The notes below the pieces were generated by a model. It was not told the origin of the DNA. It searched no databases and was given only the letters and a program-made list of their open reading frames with translations. Below are positions 30,646 to 40,138 of a stretch of DNA of 64,000 bases, piece by piece (the first letter of the stretch is position 1; every line of letters begins with the position of its first letter). The stretch covers positions 1,711-65,710 of the forward strand of contig JACPXH010000004.1 in NCBI GenBank assembly GCA_016196625.1, read 5' to 3'. The position numbers and the translations under genes are program-made. Origin of the DNA: Candidatus Parcubacteria bacterium (GTDB taxonomy: Bacteria > Patescibacteriota > Minisyncoccia > JACPXH01).

Positions 30646-33600
30646 ATGATTCATAACAACCATAATTTTTTGATTGGACTTAATAAATCCCGCGCCTTCC
30701 TGCGGGGTATTAGGCCCCGCAGGAAGGATTTAGGTAACGCCAATTCATCCCCGCAACAAGCTGCGGGGTATTCTGGTAAGGTGCGGGATAAAAAGCCGCG
30801 GAAACTCGGGCGCTGTTTTGCTGCCCTTGTTGTTTTGGCGCTGGCGCTCGCAATCGTGGCCCCCTCGCTTGAAATTTCCTTGCATTGGCCAACCGTCCGT
30901 GCAGACAGCGCCGGCAACGATCCCGGCGGCCCGGGCGGCGACAACGGTGCTCCCGGCGGCGACAACGACCCACAACAATCAACGCCGCCGATCGTGCGCA
31001 GCTGGACCATGGATCAGTTTGTGCGCAACGTCTCGCAGGGCGGGGGGTTTGCCCAATCAATCACGGCCAACTCGGGCGACACGCTTCAATTCCGGTTTGT
31101 AGTCACTGCGGCTGGCAATGCCCCAATCACCGGCATTACCTTTCGGCTGAACCTACCCAACCAGCTCCAACGCCTGGCCGGCACCGCGTTCCTCGAAGGC
31201 CCCGGCGGCCGCACCCAGATTGACCACCTCATTTCGGTCATCACCAACGCCACGGTGCGGCCGGGTGAGACGTACGTTTTGGAACTCAGCGCCGCAGTGC
31301 CGCCGGCGAGTACCTTCTCTGCAGGTACCACGAGCATGATCAGCTCGCCCACCATGGAAGCCCCGGGTATGGTCAATCTCGCCGCCGCAATCTCCATTGC
31401 CGTGATGCTCCCGGCTCCGCCTCCGCCCCCTCCGCCTCCACCGCCGCAGCCAGTGGGTGTGCCGGCGTTAAACATCCTGGCACAGGTCAAAAATATCTCG
31501 CGCGCAGAAAGCACCTTGCGCGATCGGACCGGTGCCTCGCCGGGCGAGTCAATCACCTTTTCGATGCGAATTGATTCGGTGGGCACAGCTCCGGCGCGCA
31601 ATGTGCTCGCGCGAGATTTCCTGCCGGCTGGTTTTACGTTTGAAGCGGGCAGCACCAGGATTGATTTCAATTTTGCCGCCGGGGACCCCACCTCCGGGTT
31701 TTTCTCCCTGGGGGATCTCGCGCCGGGCCAGTCAAGAACGCTTCACTTTACCGCCCGCGTGGCGACCGGCTTTTTCGCCGCCGGCACAAACGCCGTAACG
31801 AACGTCGCGGTCGTGCAGGCTGACAGTGTGAGTCAAAGACAAGCGACTGCGTTCGTTGACGTAACAGTGGCCAGCCCGCCGCCGCCACCGACGGGCACAC
31901 CCGCACTCGCCATCTCCAAGCTCGGCCGCAACTTGAGCCGAGGTGAAGCCACGCTCCAAAGGACCGTCAACGCCGCTCCCGGCGAAGATGTCCTATGGTC
32001 AATCAGGGTTGATTCGATCGGGTCGGCCGCTGCCCGAAACGTAATCGTGCGCGATTCCCTGCCGTGGCAAGCCTCGTATCGAACCGGTTCAAGCCGGCTC
32101 GAGAGTAACGCGGTGGCCGACGGCATTGTGAATGGCGGCATCAACATCGGCGATCTTGCGCCGGGCCAAAACCGCATCGTTGCCTTCCAGACCACTGTCG
32201 GAGGCAGCAATCTGTTCGTACCCGGAATCAACACCCTGACCAACTTTGCGTTCGCGCGCGCCGACGGCCTGCCGAATGAAACTCAAGACAGCGCCCAGCT
32301 TGCGGTCACCGTCCCGGCCGCGGCACCGCCGCCGCCCGCCGGAGGACAACCATCGCTCGCACTTACGAAATCCACCCGCAACTTGAGCCGGAACGAAGTA
32401 GGCTTGGTTAGAGTTACAAACGCCTCGCCCTTGGAAACCGTAGAGTTCTCCGTGCGCGTAAGCTCCACCGGTACGGCTCCGGCCCAGAACATATCGGTAC
32501 AGGATTTCCTCCCCGGCGGGCTCACCTTAATTTCGGGTTCAGTGCGGTTGGACGGCAACGCGCAGCCTGATGCCATCGCCACCGGCATCGCCGTGGGGAC
32601 CATGCCGTCCGGCACAAGCCGCACGCTGACCTTCCAGGCGAATGTGCGCGACGCCAGCTTCTTTGCCGCAGGCGTAACCACACTCACCAACTTCGCCACC
32701 GCGAACGCAAGTTCAGCCTCAAGCCAATCCGACACGGCGAACGTGCTCGTTACGGTGAATCCGGCACCGGTCCCCAGCCCCAACCTATCCGTCTTCAAAA
32801 CCGTCCGCAACGTAACGCGCAACGAGATAAGTTTCGTTAAATCAACCGGTGCCGACCCCGCCCAAGAACTTGAATTCTCAATCCGCATAGACTCCACCGG
32901 CACCACTTCGGCCCAGAACGTAACCGTCTCCGACTTCCTTGATCGGATGACGTATGTCGCGGGCACGACCCGGCTCGACAACGCCACGACCACCGACGGC
33001 ATTGCCTCGGGCGGGCTTGCGATCGGGCCGATCCCCAACGGCACGAGTCGCACGGTAATGTTCCGGGCGCAGATCCGGGACGCCAGCCAGTTTGCCGCGG
33101 GCACCTCAGTACTCACCAACACCGCTACTGCCTCGGCCACCAACGTGCCCATCCGACAAGACACGGCCACAATCATTGTTACGGTCGGCGGCATTCCGCC
33201 GGGCGGCACGCCCAACCTCAACATCTTCAAGCAAATCCGGAACGCCACGCGCGGCGAATCGTTCGCCAAATCAACGAGTGCCGATCCCGGACAAGAACTT
33301 GAATTTTCGGTCCGCATTGACTCAAACGGCACGGCCCCGACCCAGAACGTCCGCGTTGCCGACGCGCTACCCGGCCGACTCACCTACCTGTCAGGCACGA
33401 CCCGAATCGACGGCGCGGCGGCTGCCGATGGCATTGCCTCGGGCGGACTCACCCTCGGCACCGTCCCCTCGAGCACCACTCGAACGGTTACCTACCGAGT
33501 TCGAATCGCTGACCGCAGCCAATTTTCAGTTGGGCAGACCGTGCTCAACAACTTTGCCACGGCTTCAGCCGACAACACCTTCTCCCGCCAAGATACTTCC

Positions 33601-34536
33601 AGCGTCCTTATCTCCATCTCGAGCGGCTCCTTCGGCAACCCTTCGATTTCGCTCACCAAACGCGTGGCCAACGGCAACCGGCCGAATGGCTCGGACTTCT
33701 TCAACGAAGGCCGAGCGAACGACCAACTCACCTACACGATTGAACTACGCAACACCGGCACCGCCGATCTCACGAACGCCCTCATTGACGACTATCTACC
33801 TTCGAATACCGCTTTCGTGTCCGTTTCCGGCAACGGCTTTCTCTCGGCTTCAAATCAGGTCCGCTGGTTCATGGGCACTATCGGTCCGGGCAGCGCGAGC
33901 ACCGTCAGCTACACCGTCCGAATAAACTCCGGACTTACCGACGGCATCTCCATTACGAACCGCGCGCAGGCCCGGGCAGACAACTTCAGCCAGACAGACT
34001 CCAACGAGGTAACGACGGTCATCCGAGAAACCGCGACCACGACGAATCTCCAAAAAACAGTTGACCGGCCGCAGGCTCGCCGAGGCGAGACTCTCACGTA
34101 CACGATCAACTACTTGAATACGAACAATGTTGACGTGCGCAGCCTGGTGTTCACGGACGTGCTGCCGCCGTGGGTAAGCTTAATTAGCGCCACGCCGCAG
34201 CCAACCAGTGTCTCCGGCCAACAGCTTGAGTGGCGCCTGGCCTCGGTCGCGCCGGGCGGCAGCGTCAACTTAACCATCCGCACCCGAATCTCCCAAAGCG
34301 CACCCAACGGCACCACGATGACAAACGTGGCCACGCTCACCTCGGTCAATCCCCACCCCCGCACCGCCCAAGCGCAAGCCTCAACGACAGTGATCCCGGA
34401 AGAAGTGGCGGTCGCGAAAACGACACTGCCGCCAACAGGCGCGGGTAAGTGGGTGAGTACCGTCGTGATGGCCTTTGTAGCAAGCGTCGCTGCGGTATTT
34501 GTGCTGTACCGGCGGTTTGTGGTCGCGGTGACATGA
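30646..34536 (+). CDS. Giant cell-wall-anchored surface protein with DUF11-type repeats, poly-Pro linker and LPPTG sorting signal
   Basis: Signal peptide-like LGRCFAALVVLALALAIVAPS. At least six repeats of roughly 150 aa of the form L.K..RN.SR.E....T.A.PGE...F..R..S.G...A.NV.V.D.LP. A PAPPPPPPPPPPQP tract. C-terminal DUF11-like LTYTIELRNTGTADLTN. C-terminus LPPTGAGKWVSTVVMAFVASVAAVFVLYRRFVV (sortase signal, TM, basic tail). Start codon uncertain. Confidence 0.7.
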   Translation: MIHNNHNFLIGLNKSRAFLRGIRPRRKDLGNANSSPQQAAGYSGKVRDKKPRKLGRCFAALVVLALALAIVAPSLEISLHWPTVRADSAGNDPGGPGGDNGAPGGDNDPQQSTPPIVRSWTMDQFVRNVSQGGGFAQSITANSGDTLQFRFVVTAAGNAPITGITFRLNLPNQLQRLAGTAFLEGPGGRTQIDHLISVITNATVRPGETYVLELSAAVPPASTFSAGTTSMISSPTMEAPGMVNLAAAISIAVMLPAPPPPPPPPPPQPVGVPALNILAQVKNISRAESTLRDRTGASPGESITFSMRIDSVGTAPARNVLARDFLPAGFTFEAGSTRIDFNFAAGDPTSGFFSLGDLAPGQSRTLHFTARVATGFFAAGTNAVTNVAVVQADSVSQRQATAFVDVTVASPPPPPTGTPALAISKLGRNLSRGEATLQRTVNAAPGEDVLWSIRVDSIGSAAARNVIVRDSLPWQASYRTGSSRLESNAVADGIVNGGINIGDLAPGQNRIVAFQTTVGGSNLFVPGINTLTNFAFARADGLPNETQDSAQLAVTVPAAAPPPPAGGQPSLALTKSTRNLSRNEVGLVRVTNASPLETVEFSVRVSSTGTAPAQNISVQDFLPGGLTLISGSVRLDGNAQPDAIATGIAVGTMPSGTSRTLTFQANVRDASFFAAGVTTLTNFATANASSASSQSDTANVLVTVNPAPVPSPNLSVFKTVRNVTRNEISFVKSTGADPAQELEFSIRIDSTGTTSAQNVTVSDFLDRMTYVAGTTRLDNATTTDGIASGGLAIGPIPNGTSRTVMFRAQIRDASQFAAGTSVLTNTATASATNVPIRQDTATIIVTVGGIPPGGTPNLNIFKQIRNATRGESFAKSTSADPGQELEFSVRIDSNGTAPTQNVRVADALPGRLTYLSGTTRIDGAAAADGIASGGLTLGTVPSSTTRTVTYRVRIADRSQFSVGQTVLNNFATASADNTFSRQDTSSVLISISSGSFGNPSISLTKRVANGNRPNGSDFFNEGRANDQLTYTIELRNTGTADLTNALIDDYLPSNTAFVSVSGNGFLSASNQVRWFMGTIGPGSASTVSYTVRINSGLTDGISITNRAQARADNFSQTDSNEVTTVIRETATTTNLQKTVDRPQARRGETLTYTINYLNTNNVDVRSLVFTDVLPPWVSLISATPQPTSVSGQQLEWRLASVAPGGSVNLTIRTRISQSAPNGTTMTNVATLTSVNPHPRTAQAQASTTVIPEEVAVAKTTLPPTGAGKWVSTVVMAFVASVAAVFVLYRRFVVAVT

Positions 34537-34553
34537 CCCGCCGCGGCGGGTTC

Positions 34554-34594
34554 ATAGAAACAGGCAGCGCCCTTTAGGGCGCTGCCTGTTTCTA
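34554..34594. terminator. Bidirectional terminator hairpin
   Basis: Perfect roughly 18-bp stem tagaaacaggcagcgccc-ttta-gggcgctgcctgtttcta between convergent genes. Preceded by the palindrome cccgccgcggcggg. Confidence 0.6.
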
Positions 34595-34617
34595 TGCCGA
34601 CGCTACACCCCGGGGCT

Positions 34618-34923
34618 TCAAAGTCCTTGCAGTTCGCTCAACACTTTACTCGCATCCGCATCCAAGTCAGAGAGCACCGTCGCGTTCAGATCCGCTTCGA
34701 TAGCCGAAATCTCATCCGAGCCAGACTGCTGCTCGAATGCCGTAACGCGGCTGTCTGACTCTAGCTGCGGCGCCGGCCGGGTAACAACCGATCCGCGGTA
34801 GTCAAGGTTGTCGCCCAGTTCCGCATACGAGGCCAGCGCGTAAGCGAGAATCACCGCGAACACTCCGACTAAAATCGCAAAGATAGCGGGATGATCCAGT
34901 TTGCGTTGGGTACTTTTGACCAT
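34618..34923 (-). CDS. Small membrane protein, unknown function
   Basis: 101 aa with one TM helix (AIFAILVGVFAVILAYALA). Confidence 0.35.
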   Translation of the reverse strand: MVKSTQRKLDHPAIFAILVGVFAVILAYALASYAELGDNLDYRGSVVTRPAPQLESDSRVTAFEQQSGSDEISAIEADLNATVLSDLDADASKVLSELQGL

Positions 34924-34927
34924 AGGC

Positions 34928-35425
34928 CTACCGCACGGCCTTCAAGGCCGTGATGATTTGCTTCAAGATGGTGTGCAGCTCCACGAGCGCTTTCTTCACG
35001 TTTTTGGTGGCGGCGTTCGCCTCTTGGGCGATTTGGCGGGGCTTGTCGCCTGTGCCGAGGGCTTCGTACTTTGCGCTCGCCTCTTTCACGGCGGCAATGG
35101 CTGCGTCGCGCTTGGCTTTGGCTTCGCTGACCAGGGGCTCAAGCGCCGCTACGTCTTTACCGGCCGCCCGGAGTTTTGCCAGACGACTTTCCACCCGTTC
35201 AATCATCCGCCGGAGCCGCTCAATGGCGGCTTGCTCCCGCCGGATCATGCGCCGTCCGTGCGCCTTGGCTCGTTCTATTTTTTCTGCGCGCTGAACCCGG
35301 AGATTGCCTTCCATCGTCCGGCCGCGACCCACCGCTTCACTTTGTGCTCCAACGACAAACGGCGCCACCGCGACAAACGCGGCGGTGAGCGCGGCTATTT
35401 TGAACAATGAGAATCGGCTCGTCAC
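34928..35425 (-). CDS. Secreted coiled-coil protein, unknown function
   Basis: Signal peptide MTSRFSLFKIAALTAAFVAVAPFVVGAQS, then an Ala/Arg/Lys/Glu-rich helical sequence. Confidence 0.4.
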   Translation of the reverse strand: MTSRFSLFKIAALTAAFVAVAPFVVGAQSEAVGRGRTMEGNLRVQRAEKIERAKAHGRRMIRREQAAIERLRRMIERVESRLAKLRAAGKDVAALEPLVSEAKAKRDAAIAAVKEASAKYEALGTGDKPRQIAQEANAATKNVKKALVELHTILKQIITALKAVR

Positions 35426-35497
35426 GGAAGTTATCTCGTCCTTTCAACAATCATACCATAAGAAATGAACCTGGTGTGGATAATGTTATGAGTTGCC

Positions 35498-35986
35498 TTA
35501 TGTCTTTGGGGATGTACGAATTCGTCTCTGCCAAAGCAAAACGTATACCAAGGCGAGCAGCGTATAGTTGACGCCGATGAACACCGGATGGTTCCAGTTG
35601 ACCACGGAAATTGAGGCGTCCGAGACCGGGAATAGAAATGTCGTCGCCGTAAAAGGCGGCACATTCGCATGGCTGAACACGTCAATGAGAATATGGAGAC
35701 CCCAGCCCGAAAACGGCACGAGCATATCCGGGCGCATCAGCCAGACGACGGCAGCCATAACCGCAAAGACGAGAACGCTGTGGGCAGTTAAGTCCAGCGC
35801 CACGAGGAAGGGCGGAATCGTATCCAGCGCCGGCAGGCCTTGACCCTTGAGTAGAGGCCAGGGGTTAAGCAAGAGTGCGGCGAGAATGGGCAAATCTGGA
35901 ACTACGCCGCAGACGACGGCAACCCAGCGCTTCGGATTTTTCCGGTAGAGCGCGCCTGTCCAAAGCGCATGCCCAAAAGTGTCCAT
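35498..35986 (-). CDS. Membrane-bound metal-dependent hydrolase-like (DUF457/YdjM-like)
   Basis: MDTFGHALWTG N-terminus and HILIDVFSH motif. 4 TM segments. Confidence 0.45.
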   Translation of the reverse strand: MDTFGHALWTGALYRKNPKRWVAVVCGVVPDLPILAALLLNPWPLLKGQGLPALDTIPPFLVALDLTAHSVLVFAVMAAVVWLMRPDMLVPFSGWGLHILIDVFSHANVPPFTATTFLFPVSDASISVVNWNHPVFIGVNYTLLALVYVLLWQRRIRTSPKT

Positions 35987-36106
35987 GATGTTGGGTAAAC
36001 CCCGTTAGAACGGGCGCTTCGCGATCGGCTGATGAAAGCATTATACTCCTATCTCTACCGCTGACAGAGTCGGTGACGTTCTAACGGGGTAAAGACCGCT
36101 GCGCCG

Positions 36107-36886
36107 TTAGCGAGACGCAACGCGAGCGAAAACTCCAAAATGGTCCGAGTAACCGGTGGAAAGCCGAGTGGCCGAAATGACGCACAGCGAGGGAGAGACA
36201 AAAACATAGTCCAGCCGGCGTTTAGCCGCCACAGATCCGGCCGGCCAGGTTGCGTGCTCGAGAAAATTTGCCGCGGTGATTTCCGGAGATGTGGTGAGCC
36301 CTGCGGTCGCAATCCGGAGCGCCTCATCGTCGTAACGCCCAGAGTTAAAATCTCCGGCCATGACGAGCGGCGGGTCAAAGTCTTCGAGCGCCCGGCGGAG
36401 CTTTCGGGCCTCAAGGCAACGGAGTGCTTCGTGATACGGATCAAAGTGCGTTGAGACCACCAACCCGACCCCGGCAATCTCGGCCGCGACAAACCCTCGA
36501 TTTGCGGAATATAAAAATGCCGACCACCCCCACCGGATGAGTTCCAACCCATGAAACTGTCCCGAGAGTACGCGCCGAAACGGCAAGCGACTTAAGATAG
36601 CGTTATTGTGGGGCAAGAACATGCGGGCAGAAACCGCGAGGTGGGGATAACCAATTCTTTTCTGAATGATGCGGACAATATCAGGCCAAAAAAACGCAGC
36701 CGCGTTGGTCTCTTGGAGACAGATGATGTCAGGCGACGGAGCAAGCTTTAACAGAAAATCACCAAGGCGCTCGGCGTTCTCGCGCATGGTTTGACGCCGT
36801 GCTCCCAACGCCCAATTGGCTTCGGCCGTTCCCTTGACCGGACCCTGGCCATGCCTAAGATTTAACGTGAACACGGAAAACTGCAT
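36107..36886 (-). CDS. Endonuclease/exonuclease/phosphatase (EEP) family protein
   Basis: FTLNLRHG and DIICLQE N-terminal EEP motifs. C-terminal SDHFGV. Confidence 0.65.
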   Translation of the reverse strand: MQFSVFTLNLRHGQGPVKGTAEANWALGARRQTMRENAERLGDFLLKLAPSPDIICLQETNAAAFFWPDIVRIIQKRIGYPHLAVSARMFLPHNNAILSRLPFRRVLSGQFHGLELIRWGWSAFLYSANRGFVAAEIAGVGLVVSTHFDPYHEALRCLEARKLRRALEDFDPPLVMAGDFNSGRYDDEALRIATAGLTTSPEITAANFLEHATWPAGSVAAKRRLDYVFVSPSLCVISATRLSTGYSDHFGVFARVASR

Positions 36887-36959
36887 GATCTTTTTGCCTC
36901 ATCCGCCGCGCCACCTTTGGACTCACTCCACCATTCTAATAGATATTAGATGTAAGATT

Positions 36960-37167
36960 TTCGAGCGTTGTTTATATCAAGCGGGGTGGGCTCGAGCGGC
37001 TTTTGAGGCCAAGCGGGCAGGGTGCCCCGAGCCTGTCGAGGGGCGAGCGAGGCCGAAGCGCTAGCGAAAATCCTCGCTGGGGATTTTCGCGTAGCGAAAG
37101 CCTGCTCCGCTTGATATCAAATCGTGTCATGTCTATTTTCTGTAAACAACGCTGGGATTTCTTACAT
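36960..37167. mobile_element. MITE-like palindromic element, copy 3 (full-length)
   Basis: About 85% identical to copy 2 across roughly 200 bp, including outer and inner inverted repeats and the core hairpin. Confidence 0.65.
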
Positions 37168-37190
37168 ATTAGAATGTGAACCGTTCTTGA

Positions 37191-37535
37191 TCACGGCAGC
37201 GCTCGGACTTCACGCAAAATATTTTCAGGCACCGGGTTGCGCTTCGGGCTCTCGCCCGGGTAGCGCCAAGCGGTGATGATTTTGATGAGCTTACGTCTCG
37301 GAACCAGTCGGTACATCGCCCAGATCTCTTGCTTGCGCCGCGTTGCAGCCGGCTGCATCGCCGCAACGGTGTTTGGCGCAATCCCCTCTTCAATGCGTTC
37401 GGGATGGCGGATGACGCGCCGCACGCGCGATTCAGAAAGTCGGTACTGGCGCATCTTTTCCTGCGCGTGGCGGGTCAAAAGGTACCGGCGCTCGCCGGTA
37501 CCCGAAAAAGGCTGCGGTGTCATGCGAAGCAACAT
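37191..37535 (-). CDS. DUF4258 family protein (putative toxin-like)
   Basis: LTRHAQEKMRQYRLSESRVRRVIRHPERIE...KIITAWRY matches the DUF4258 pattern (H..ERM..R.I....V...I...IITAYR). Confidence 0.5.
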   Translation of the reverse strand: MLLRMTPQPFSGTGERRYLLTRHAQEKMRQYRLSESRVRRVIRHPERIEEGIAPNTVAAMQPAATRRKQEIWAMYRLVPRRKLIKIITAWRYPGESPKRNPVPENILREVRALP

Positions 37536-37615
37536 ATCCAGACACAGCCTATACTGAACCCGCCCAAACAGAAAACCCCCCGCGTGCCTTGCAAGACACG
37601 CGGGGGCTCATAAGC

Positions 37616-39088
37616 TTACGTTCTCTTGCGCTCCTCCCGAAACGCGGTAAGGGCGCCGGCAAGTTTACCCAACCCCTCCAGGATCTCTCCGAGTCGCGCA
37701 ATTGCCCAATCCAGATCAGCCGGGCCCCGCCGAAGGAAAATGGTGGGTAGCCCCCGATCAGGATTCTCCAGTATCCGCGCCATTCCTTCCGAAGTCCGCT
37801 CGAGATACCGCTGGAGGTTCCGAAAGTCCTGATACGGTTCCCGGGCGCGAGCTGCGGCACCCTTCACCCCGGCCTGCCGCACCTCTGTTCGAATGAAGTG
37901 CGACGCTTCCGTTGTGGTCAACCGGAGCTCCACGATACGCCGGGCTAGGCTAACCTGCAGCTCTGGAGAAGGAACATACGCCAGCTGGGCGGCAACCGAA
38001 TAGACGAGCTCTCCCACCGGCTCAATCATCTCCTGCACTTCCGCGGGAAGCCGCAAAAGAACAAGATGCTGCTCTGCCCATCTGTCTGAGTATCCGAAGC
38101 ACTCGCCCAGCTGGGCCAGCGTAAGACCCATGCGGTCTTTGATCCGCTGGAGCGCATAGGCGGTGTCGAGCGGGGTGCACTCGTCGCGGTTGTGGTTCGC
38201 GATGGCCGCTTGCAAGAACCGCTCTTCTTCATTCGCGACCAGGGTGGTGACCACGCGCACGTGCGTCTGGCCAGCGCTCTTCGCTGCCCGCAGACGCCGC
38301 TCGCCGCTCATCAACTGGTAGTAGCCGGGTCTGCCCGGTATTGGCCAGACCACGAGTGTTTCCAGCACGCCCACCGCCTTGACGCTCGCCTCAAGACGCC
38401 TTTGCTTTTCAGGATCGAAGTACCGACGAGGCTGGCCAGACCAGGGCAGGATACGATCCACGGAAACGGAGATGCCGCCCTCCGTTCCCTCGGCCGTCGG
38501 CTTTGGCGGTTGAGCAACCGGCGCCGCAACATCTCGCAATGGCTGTGGGGCCGCCGCGGTATGCCGAACCTCCGGAGACGCTGATCGCCGCATAGTCTCT
38601 TGCGGCTCGACGAGCGTTCGCCGGTGAGGTCGTGACCCGGACAGTTCTGGTGTTGGCGCTGACCCCCGACCGTCATCCGAATCGCCAACCTCTCCAAGGA
38701 AATGAGGGTTCAACATCGCGCCCACGAGTGCCTCTTCTTCCCGTCTCGCCTCGCGGCCGTTCTCACGGTGGAACTGGCAGAGTCCTTGGACTGCATCCAC
38801 CACTACCGCATCTGCTCCGCGATACCCTTGCAACGTGCACGCCAGACATCGCCGCCACAGCGAGGCGCAGGAGCGAGCGGTGCACGTGCCGAGGTTGGTC
38901 TGATAGACCGACGATTTCTCAACGCACGTTGGTTCGCCAATACGGCGGCCCGGAAACAGCGGACACGCAAAGAGCGCGTGGCGCACTACCGGCATTACCG
39001 GGGCCGGAGCTGATGCACTTGCCTTCCTCGCCATGGCCGTCCCCCCTCCTTTCTTGGTGCTCATCGTAATGATTGATGAAAAGACCAC
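37616..39088 (-). CDS. ParB/Srx-fold (ParB N-terminal domain) protein with N-terminal Cys-rich region
   Basis: ParB box GVLETLVVWPIPGRPGYYQLMSGERRLRAAKSAG. HTH-like region downstream. N-terminal roughly 190 aa contain at least 6 Cys (possible Zn ribbon) and a low-complexity linker. True start may be internal. Confidence 0.55.
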   Translation of the reverse strand: MVFSSIITMSTKKGGGTAMARKASASAPAPVMPVVRHALFACPLFPGRRIGEPTCVEKSSVYQTNLGTCTARSCASLWRRCLACTLQGYRGADAVVVDAVQGLCQFHRENGREARREEEALVGAMLNPHFLGEVGDSDDGRGSAPTPELSGSRPHRRTLVEPQETMRRSASPEVRHTAAAPQPLRDVAAPVAQPPKPTAEGTEGGISVSVDRILPWSGQPRRYFDPEKQRRLEASVKAVGVLETLVVWPIPGRPGYYQLMSGERRLRAAKSAGQTHVRVVTTLVANEEERFLQAAIANHNRDECTPLDTAYALQRIKDRMGLTLAQLGECFGYSDRWAEQHLVLLRLPAEVQEMIEPVGELVYSVAAQLAYVPSPELQVSLARRIVELRLTTTEASHFIRTEVRQAGVKGAAARAREPYQDFRNLQRYLERTSEGMARILENPDRGLPTIFLRRGPADLDWAIARLGEILEGLGKLAGALTAFREERKRT

Positions 39089-39216
39089 CCCCTCTTTTCC
39101 TTAGAACATACAGTTAAAAACGCCAGCGGGGGTTGACTTACCCTCTGGTATCCGTATGGTAGTGGATACGGTTTCGAGTGTCCTTTTACCCCAGAACCCG
39201 CACACAGGAGGGAGCC

Positions 39217-39804
39217 ATGAATATGTTCCGGTGGGTTATCGGTTTGGTCTTCGCAGGAGCGATCTTGCTCGGACCAGCCCAGGCGTCGGCCATCACGATC
39301 ACGATCAGTCCAAGTGCGACCATGCAGGTGGGAACGAATAACACCGTTACGATCAGCCCCATTACGCTGCACACGCCGCTGCCGGGTTACCCTACTGGCG
39401 ACTACAGCGTTCAGTTCCGCTGGGACCCGGCGTACGGCGTGCTTGTGCCCACCGCGGCGACTCGGCTCGGCGGAGATGTCAGACCGATAGGAGGCGCTGT
39501 CGGTACAGAGGTCAATGGTGTCCTGATCGAAACCGAAACGTTCACCCCAGACTCTCTTATGGGCTGTACGTTCCGAGTTCAGGCGTTCAACCGGGCAGCG
39601 AACACGAAAAGTACCATCCTCTACTACAACGCGTTTAACGCAGCCGGCAACGGCATCGGGTTCGCGTACCTGTTCCAGTTGATGTCGCCAAACAGCCGAT
39701 CTACGCTCTCCACATTCTGGGTAACACCGACGAGCCAGACGATCCGCTGCAGCCAAATCGCCCGCTACGAACTCGATCTTTCCATCTCCAGCGCGCTGCC
39801 GTAA
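39217..39804 (+). CDS. Secreted hypothetical protein
   Basis: Signal peptide MNMFRWVIGLVFAGAILLGPAQASA. Normal codon usage. Preferred over the overlapping Arg-rich minus-strand ORF 39061-39984. Confidence 0.5.
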   Translation: MNMFRWVIGLVFAGAILLGPAQASAITITISPSATMQVGTNNTVTISPITLHTPLPGYPTGDYSVQFRWDPAYGVLVPTAATRLGGDVRPIGGAVGTEVNGVLIETETFTPDSLMGCTFRVQAFNRAANTKSTILYYNAFNAAGNGIGFAYLFQLMSPNSRSTLSTFWVTPTSQTIRCSQIARYELDLSISSALP

Positions 39805-40138
39805 CATCGCTCCAATCAGAGCGACGCGCCTCCAGCGGAATTCCGCGGAGGCGATAACCAGGGAGGGCCCAGGGATCGCTCTGGGTGGCAGCGGGACTGT
39901 TAACTGCTCCCGGATCGCTCGCTGCGAGCCTGATCCACTCTCTTCGGCGAACCCCCAAGTTCTACGAGGCATACTCGCCAACACCTCCGGCAGATACCGC
40001 CGGAGGTGTCACCTTTTAATAAAACGCTGCATCAACAAGAAGACCGCCAGCGAGTTGCTGGACGGCCATGCACACGGCGTCATTCTTTCTCGTTTTTATA
40101 TCATACGGGGAAGAAAAAACCAGCCGCCGGTATTCACC

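Noticed and set aside
39061-39984. 307-aa minus-strand ORF
   Set aside because: Arg-rich low-complexity sequence overlapping a plus-strand ORF that has a canonical signal peptide and normal composition.
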